Assembly (NCBI GenBank): GCA_964505065.1
Contig: CAZDGF010000003.1
Location: forward strand, 12,320 to 76,319
Direction of reading: 5' to 3'
DNA: 64,000 nt
DNA from: an uncultured Chitinophaga sp.
GTDB lineage: Bacteria; Bacteroidota; Bacteroidia; NS11-12g; UBA955
The notes below the pieces were generated by a model, which made no database searches, was not told where the DNA came from, and worked only from the letters and a program-made list of their open reading frames with translations. A program made the translations under genes and the position numbers. Positions 57,871 to 64,000 of the stretch are shown here, piece after piece (position 1 is the stretch's first letter; the number at the start of each line of letters is the position of its first letter).

Positions 57871-59184
57871 GTGAAAACAATTTATTTTATTTATGTATTG
57901 ATATTCTTTTCGCTTTTTACAGCTTGTAAAAAGCAAAAAGACAATGTTTATTTGGCAAACGAAGGCACTTCTGGTTTTGAAGGCAATGGATTTAAAGCCA
58001 ATTTTAATTTAATTACCCGAACGGTTAGAGAAGATTCTTTAAAAACGGATAGTTTAAGCCACAATTTGGTTGGAGTTATAAGCCATACTGTATTTGGTAA
58101 TTATAGAACCTTGTCTTATTTGCAATATAATTTGCCCCAATTAGATAAAGTAATAAGCACACAAACATTAGATTCTGTAGTGCTTTTTATGAATTATACT
58201 TCAAAAACTGCATATTATGGCGATTTGAATTCTACAATAGATTTTAACGTACATGAGGTAAATGAGGCAATGGATTTTACCAAAACACACTCAAACAGTT
58301 CGTACCTATACAATGCTACACCAATAGGCTCTTTTAGTGGAAAATTTAAGCCAAACGATAGCATTACAATTAATGAATTGGGCGTAAATACAAGGGTAGC
58401 ACCTACCATTCGCATAAAATTATCGGCAGCTTTTGCCAATAAATTATTCAATGCCTCCGCATCAGATTTAGGCAGCCAAGCCAATTTTATTTCTTTTTTT
58501 AAAGGTTTAGCTATTGTGCCTAATACTTTGCCTACATTGGGTAGCGGTGCAATTGCTGCTTTTAATTTTAGAAGCAGTTTATCTAAAATACGCATTTATT
58601 ACAATGGCAATTTGCAAAGCGATTTTGTATGCTCAAATACTACAAGAAAGCTGAATCAATTTGAGGTTAAAAACCAATCGTTTGAGCTAACAAAACAAAA
58701 AAGCATTGCCAATTTTAGTTTTGATACTGCCTATGCGCAATCGCTTGCAGGGGCTAAATTAAAAGTAGAAATTAAAGACTTATTTAGCATTACAAATTCA
58801 GGTAAAATTGTTTCTATTTCTAAAGCAGAACTTATCATTCGTCCTGTGGCTGGCTCTTTTGCTTCGCCTTTTGGTTTGCCTGCCCGCTTATTGGTATTGC
58901 AGCCCAGTGCTACCGATAATTTAAACAATGGTATTTTAGATTTGGTAGAACCTTTTTATGGTGGATTTTATAACAGCACAGAAAAGTATTATAAATTTAA
59001 TATTACCCGCCATATACAAAGCATATTGATGGATAAACAACAGCGTAATATTGACAACAACAGAGGTTTGTTTGTTTTAATTCCTACCGATAATCCTGTA
59101 TCACCCTCGCAAATAATGATAGATACACGCAAAAATATAGCCAATGCTGGCATTGAATTTAAAATATTTTATAGCGAACTTTAA
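57871..59184 (+). CDS. DUF4270 family lipoprotein
   Basis: GTG start, lipobox LFTAC. Its position directly after the short GlgA-like gene is what I recall for DUF4270 genes in Bacteroidota. Confidence 0.55.
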   Translation: MKTIYFIYVLIFFSLFTACKKQKDNVYLANEGTSGFEGNGFKANFNLITRTVREDSLKTDSLSHNLVGVISHTVFGNYRTLSYLQYNLPQLDKVISTQTLDSVVLFMNYTSKTAYYGDLNSTIDFNVHEVNEAMDFTKTHSNSSYLYNATPIGSFSGKFKPNDSITINELGVNTRVAPTIRIKLSAAFANKLFNASASDLGSQANFISFFKGLAIVPNTLPTLGSGAIAAFNFRSSLSKIRIYYNGNLQSDFVCSNTTRKLNQFEVKNQSFELTKQKSIANFSFDTAYAQSLAGAKLKVEIKDLFSITNSGKIVSISKAELIIRPVAGSFASPFGLPARLLVLQPSATDNLNNGILDLVEPFYGGFYNSTEKYYKFNITRHIQSILMDKQQRNIDNNRGLFVLIPTDNPVSPSQIMIDTRKNIANAGIEFKIFYSEL

Positions 59185-59224
59185 TTTATTAATATTGTTA
59201 ATTCGGAAAGTATATTTTTAAAAA

Positions 59225-60085
59225 ATGGAAAACAAACGCAAACCTTACCAATTAGTATCGCGCGAGTGGAAAAAGGAAGATACCGTTATTTCATTAAAAA
59301 ACACAACAATAGGGGGCAATAATATTACCCTTATTGCTGGTCCTTGTGCGGTAGAAAACGAAGACCAAATATTTACGATATGTGAGTTTTTAAGCAAAAA
59401 AAATATAAAACTTTTGCGTGGTGGAGCTTATAAACCTCGTACCTCGCCCTATTCTTTTCAAGGTTTAAAAAAAGATGGCTTAATTATGATGCGCCAAGCT
59501 GCTGATAAATATGGTATGGGTGTGGTTACAGAGGTAATGGAAACCAACCTTGTAGATGAGGTGTACCAATATGCAGATATACTACAAGTAGGCACACGTA
59601 ATATGCAAAACTACCAATTGCTTAGGGCTTTGAGCAAAATAGATAAACCTGTATTGCTAAAAAGAGGCATGAGCAGCACCCTTGAAGAATGGCTATTGGC
59701 AGCAGAATATATTTTAAGCGGAGGAAATGAAAAAGTAATACTTTGCGAGCGTGGCATACGCACTTTTGAAACTGCCACACGCAATACTTTAGATTTAAGC
59801 ATTATTCCATTGGTAAAAAGCCTTAGCCATTTGCCTATAATAGCCGACCCAAGCCAAGGCACAGGTGTAAGAGAATTGGTAACGCCTATGAGCGTGGCAG
59901 CTATAGCAGCAGGAGCAGATGGCGTAATGGTAGAAGTGCACAACCACCCTGAAGAAGCCCTTTCCGATGGACCACAATCTTTGTATTTCGACCAGTTTTC
60001 TGCATTAATGGAAAAGGTAGAACAAGCAGCCCACATTAACAATAGAGGTGTGGATTATAGAGTGGATAGTAAGTTGGTGTATTAA
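59225..60085 (+). CDS. 3-deoxy-7-phosphoheptulonate (DAHP) synthase, class I-beta
   Basis: LIAGPCAVEN, GAYKPRTSPYSFQGL, IADPSQGTG motifs. KPRTSPYSFQG distinguishes it from KdsA. No fused chorismate mutase. Confidence 0.85.
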   Translation: MENKRKPYQLVSREWKKEDTVISLKNTTIGGNNITLIAGPCAVENEDQIFTICEFLSKKNIKLLRGGAYKPRTSPYSFQGLKKDGLIMMRQAADKYGMGVVTEVMETNLVDEVYQYADILQVGTRNMQNYQLLRALSKIDKPVLLKRGMSSTLEEWLLAAEYILSGGNEKVILCERGIRTFETATRNTLDLSIIPLVKSLSHLPIIADPSQGTGVRELVTPMSVAAIAAGADGVMVEVHNHPEEALSDGPQSLYFDQFSALMEKVEQAAHINNRGVDYRVDSKLVY

Positions 60086-60097
60086 GAGATTATTTCC

Positions 60098-61033
60098 TTA
60101 AAACCCCAATTTATCCTTAATAATATACAAAGGGCGTTGTTTTATTTCGCCATAAATGCGCCCTACATATTCTCCTATTATACCCAATACCAATAAAATT
60201 ATGCCGCCTATCATTAGGATAGAAATCATGAGCAATGTCCAGCCCTCTACATAATCTATAGTGAAAATACGCTTATATAGGGCATACAATATACCTATAA
60301 AAGCTGCTATGGAGGTTATAAAACCTACAAATGTTGCTACTTTAAGCGGTGTGTTAGAAAAAGACAATATGGCATCGCTTGCCAAACGCAGCATTTTCTT
60401 TAATGGATATTTGGTAGTGCCTGCAAAACGGCTTTCTCTATCGTACTCCACAAAAGTTTGGTTAAAGCCTATCCAAGCCACCATGCCCCGCACAAAGCGG
60501 TAAGATTCTCGCATACTTAAAAACTGGTTTAAAGCATTTCTATCCATTAGCCTAAAATCGCCCGTATCTAATGGAATATCTACATCGCTTAAGCGGTTGA
60601 TAAATCGGTAGAACCATTTGGCAGTAAGCAATTTAAAGGCACTCTCGCCTGCTCTTTCCACTCTTTTACCAAATATAACATCGTAGCCCTCTTCCCATTT
60701 TTTTACCATTTCAAGTATTACGCTTGGTGGGTCTTGCAGGTCGGCATCTATTACTATGGCACAATCGCCTTTGCAATTATCCAAGCCAGCTGTTATGGCT
60801 ATTTGGTGTCCAAAATTGCGTGAAAAATTAATACCTTTTACGTTTTTATCCTTTGCAATGGCTTCGTTTATAAGCTGCAAAGTGCTATCCTTGCTGCCAT
60901 CGTTTACAAATATAAGCTCGTAATGGTATTTTGTATTATCAAGCTGCGCAAGGGTATCCGTTAGGCGTTTAAGGCTTTCGGCAAATACTTCTTGCTCGTT
61001 ATAACAAGGCACAACAACAGATATTAGTTTCAT
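60098..61033 (-). CDS. GT2 polyprenol-phosphate glycosyltransferase (ArnC/GtrB-like)
   Basis: VVVPCYNE, DADLQDPP (DxD), two C-terminal TM helices. Start set at MKLISVVVP (cat 61031-61033). Confidence 0.85.
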   Translation of the reverse strand: MKLISVVVPCYNEQEVFAESLKRLTDTLAQLDNTKYHYELIFVNDGSKDSTLQLINEAIAKDKNVKGINFSRNFGHQIAITAGLDNCKGDCAIVIDADLQDPPSVILEMVKKWEEGYDVIFGKRVERAGESAFKLLTAKWFYRFINRLSDVDIPLDTGDFRLMDRNALNQFLSMRESYRFVRGMVAWIGFNQTFVEYDRESRFAGTTKYPLKKMLRLASDAILSFSNTPLKVATFVGFITSIAAFIGILYALYKRIFTIDYVEGWTLLMISILMIGGIILLVLGIIGEYVGRIYGEIKQRPLYIIKDKLGF

Positions 61034-61136
61034 AAAATATGGGTACGAAAGTAATTGATTTTTTTGAATACCTAAAAGCAACGAAATTGTATAAATTGGT
61101 GTCTATACAATTATTACTTATTTTTGAATTTTAAAA

Positions 61137-64000
61137 ATGAATAAAAAACTACGCATTATATTTAGCCTATTTTTACTCAATACTGTTTTTATTAGCCTAA
61201 AAGCCAACCATATATTGGGTGGAGAAATTACCTACAAACATTTGGGCGCAAAGAAATATGAGCTAACTGCTAAGATTTATAGAGAATGTGGAGGCATAGC
61301 TTTGAATTCTGTAGATTTTGGAATTACAGACGGTAATACTGATTTAACAATTTCATATACCAGAGTATCTATACAAGATATTTCTAATAGATGCGATGAT
61401 ACAGGCAGAGGACCTTGTTATCCCCAAAATACTGCTTCCAACAGCGGTGTTGAATTGCATACCTATAAAGCTACTGTAGATTTTGGTGTATCGCCCTATA
61501 ATTATTATCCTCAAAACAATAGTTGTAAAATATATTTTTATGCTTCGCAATGTTGCAGACCTATTGGAATTATTGGTATTGCAGGAAATTTTTGGGTAGA
61601 GTCTATGTTGGATATTTGTAATTCTAAATATAAAAATACATCGCCTACTTTAAATGAATTTAACCATTTGAATGTATCATGCAATCAAAAATTTGAACAT
61701 AATTTAGCAGGAATTGATTACGTTGATTATGATTCGTTAGAATATTTATTGGTACAGCCATTGAACGACCATACAACGGTTGATAATTACTATGGGCGGT
61801 CAAATAATACTATACCAATATTGCCTTACTGCCCTCCAAATCCTGGTGCATTTACTTGCAAACCCAATCCTCAAAGCAATCCACCTACAGGGTTTTATTT
61901 TGATAAATTAAGCGGCAATATTATTCTAACCCCTACAGATTGTCAAGAAATAAGTACCATTTGCTTAAAAATAAATGAATACAGAAAAGATACAACTAAT
62001 AAATGGGTAATGGTGGGCAGCGTTACCAAAGATATTTTTGTTAGGTTGCTTCAAACAGGTTATAAAAACATTGTGCCAAGCCTTACAACAAAACAAGCTA
62101 TTTATAATTTTAAAATTAATGAAAAATCTTGTATTGAAATAGTATCTAAAGATACGCTTTCTAATAATTACGACAGTATAAACAAGGGCAATAAAACAAG
62201 GATTAAAATATTGAATTTGCCATCGGGTGCTACTTTTGCCTACAAAGATTCAAGTGCAAATGCAAAAACAGGTGTTTTATGTTGGCAAATGCACGATTCG
62301 CTTATTATAAAATATGGATTGGGTAAAAAACTAATACCAATTACAGCGCAAGTAAAAGACAATTTTTGCCCATATCCTGAAATGGTAACACACACATTTT
62401 ATATCAAAGTAATTACGCCCGACTCTTTAGGCAACCTTAACATTTTAACTTTTGAAGATAAAAATAAAGACAAGAAAAAAAACAGCAATGAAAATGGACG
62501 ATTAGCACCTATCAATTTTAAAAGAAATAAAAGTTTATATTATGTATTTACCAATAATAACGGCATATTCAACGATTCGTTTCCCATAGGAAAAATAGAA
62601 TTAGGTATTACCTCACATCCGTATTTTGAAAAAACCACACCCGATACAAGTTTATTGATAAAGTATAAAGATAACCATATTGTTAATTTAGGTTTTACCA
62701 AAAATGCAGGTATTTATGGCAGAATATTTAAAGATAAAAATTCAAATTGCACTTATGATTTTGGCGAAGAAACTTTAGCAGGAGTAAAAGTATTTACAGA
62801 TAGCAATAAATATGTAGGCATTTCGGATAAAAATGGAGAATATTACATTAAAGCACCTTATGGAACTTATAATTTAAAATGCGATTACAAACCATTTGAA
62901 TACCAAATAAACTGCCCCAATAACAATACCATCAATATTACAACTGCTTTAGATTCTGCATATATAAACAATGATTTTGGGATAATACCCAATCTTAATT
63001 TTACGGATATTGGGGTAAACTTACAATTGAAAAAAGCCAATTTAAGCAAACAGGCAGAGGTTGTTATATACTGTAAAAACTACGGCTATAAAACACGCAA
63101 AAATTTTAGATTGCATATAGAAATGAGCAAAACTGCTGATTTCAAAACTACACATTTGTTAAAAATGTTTTCAAACGATAGCGTAAATATTTACACAGAT
63201 TCTATAAAAGGCAAGGGCGAGAAAAAAATAAATTTAAAATACCTTGTTCATAAAGATACATTCAAAGCATTCGACAAAATTTATTTTAGAATTAAAACAG
63301 ATAACAATACAATAAATACAGATTCTGTAAAAAACAATAACATAGCCGAAACCTTTATTTTTGTGAATGAAGCAAACGATATATATGATAAAAAAATAGA
63401 AAAAGATACATTTAAAACCGCATTAGATACAACTATAAATTATACTATTCGGTTTCAAAATAATGGTACAGATAGAGCCCAAAGAATAGTGGTTATAGAT
63501 ACCATAGATACAAAGTATTTACACCTTTCAAAATTTGAACTTAATTGGAGCGATTATCCTTGTACACCCATATTTGTGGGCAATGCTATTCATTTTATAT
63601 TTGATGATATAAACTTACCATACTTTTCTACATCGGGCGAAAAAAGCATAGCTGCTTTTAATTTTACTTTAGGCTTAAAATCTAAAACCAATACCGAGCA
63701 AAGTTTTACAAATAAAGCTGCCATTTATTTTGATTATGAAAAACCTGTGTTAACAGCACCTGCCATTGGCAATATTGTAAGCCCTGTAGGTATAGTTAAA
63801 TTAAATAAAAAAAGCAATTGTATTAACCAAGAAAATACCCTGCACTTTGAAAGTAAAATACCACTAAATACAGGCAATCAAATGATTTTAGAAATGAGCG
63901 ATGTTAATGGCGATTTTTCCAATGCCATTATTTTAAAAACGCAAAATAGTAGCCTATTAAAAGACAGTATTAATTTTACTTTACCTAAAAATACAGCAGC
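61137..64000 (+). CDS. large secreted surface protein, 5' partial (>954 aa, continues past the window); probably T9SS cargo
   Basis: ATG at 61137. I translated every codon to position 64000 and found no stop. Signal peptide MNKKLRIIFSLFLLNTVFISLKA, then NHILGGEITYKHLGAKKYELTAKIYRECGG. A carboxypeptidase-regulatory/SdrD-B-like segment (GRIFKDKNSNCTYDFGEETLAGVKVFTD..DKNGEYYIKAPYGTYNL). A DUF11-like 'conserved repeat' segment (INYTIRFQNNGTDRAQRIVVIDTID...AAIYFDYEKPVLT). Missing from the ORF track because it has no stop in the window. Confidence 0.85.
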   Translation, partial: MNKKLRIIFSLFLLNTVFISLKANHILGGEITYKHLGAKKYELTAKIYRECGGIALNSVDFGITDGNTDLTISYTRVSIQDISNRCDDTGRGPCYPQNTASNSGVELHTYKATVDFGVSPYNYYPQNNSCKIYFYASQCCRPIGIIGIAGNFWVESMLDICNSKYKNTSPTLNEFNHLNVSCNQKFEHNLAGIDYVDYDSLEYLLVQPLNDHTTVDNYYGRSNNTIPILPYCPPNPGAFTCKPNPQSNPPTGFYFDKLSGNIILTPTDCQEISTICLKINEYRKDTTNKWVMVGSVTKDIFVRLLQTGYKNIVPSLTTKQAIYNFKINEKSCIEIVSKDTLSNNYDSINKGNKTRIKILNLPSGATFAYKDSSANAKTGVLCWQMHDSLIIKYGLGKKLIPITAQVKDNFCPYPEMVTHTFYIKVITPDSLGNLNILTFEDKNKDKKKNSNENGRLAPINFKRNKSLYYVFTNNNGIFNDSFPIGKIELGITSHPYFEKTTPDTSLLIKYKDNHIVNLGFTKNAGIYGRIFKDKNSNCTYDFGEETLAGVKVFTDSNKYVGISDKNGEYYIKAPYGTYNLKCDYKPFEYQINCPNNNTINITTALDSAYINNDFGIIPNLNFTDIGVNLQLKKANLSKQAEVVIYCKNYGYKTRKNFRLHIEMSKTADFKTTHLLKMFSNDSVNIYTDSIKGKGEKKINLKYLVHKDTFKAFDKIYFRIKTDNNTINTDSVKNNNIAETFIFVNEANDIYDKKIEKDTFKTALDTTINYTIRFQNNGTDRAQRIVVIDTIDTKYLHLSKFELNWSDYPCTPIFVGNAIHFIFDDINLPYFSTSGEKSIAAFNFTLGLKSKTNTEQSFTNKAAIYFDYEKPVLTAPAIGNIVSPVGIVKLNKKSNCINQENTLHFESKIPLNTGNQMILEMSDVNGDFSNAIILKTQNSSLLKDSINFTLPKNTA

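Noticed and set aside
59611-60042. 143-aa ORF antisense to the DAHP synthase gene (and 54009-54383 antisense to the SOD gene)
   Set aside because: These are nested antisense ORFs within strongly conserved enzyme genes, with no independent support.

Overview
This is an AT-rich chromosomal segment that looks Bacteroidota (Flavobacteriia/Cytophagia-like). Supporting signs are T9SS C-terminal sorting domains, DUF3078/DUF3108/DUF3109/DUF349/DUF4270 families, TAnnTTTG promoter motifs and near absence of Shine-Dalgarno sites. About 60 protein genes are present, mostly housekeeping: sucC, mscL, zapA-rny, argS, dapD, uvrB, nth, a MoxR ATPase behind three SurA/PpiD-type chaperone genes, trpS, hutI, ftsH, kbl, rseP-hscB, dps, purE, Fe/Mn SOD, icd and DAHP synthase. 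There is one tRNA-Ser(UGA), no rRNA and no CRISPR. Accessory content: a DUF2384/Xre-RES toxin-antitoxin pair, an outer-membrane protein gene split by a T8 tract, a truncated IS4 transposase, a decayed T9SS cargo gene, and two very large T9SS-type surface proteins. One of these surface proteins runs off the right edge and is missing from the supplied ORF track. I did not find a convincing multi-gene novel defence or secretion system. The signals least explained by ordinary annotation are non-coding. (1) A 360-bp array of phased 21-bp units (5.5 x 42 bp) flips into an inverted arm between two convergent genes. (2) A 153-bp hairpin-rich MITE with TTAACCCAAATT termini occurs in three ~97%-identical copies, one truncating an IS and one replacing most of a gene. 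(3) A modular GTCATTCTG...CAGAATGAC miniature-element family occurs at seven or more loci, and two mirror-image copies bracket an O-methyltransferase gene with 42-bp perfect inverted repeats. All functional readings of these are inference and need genome-wide searches I cannot run.
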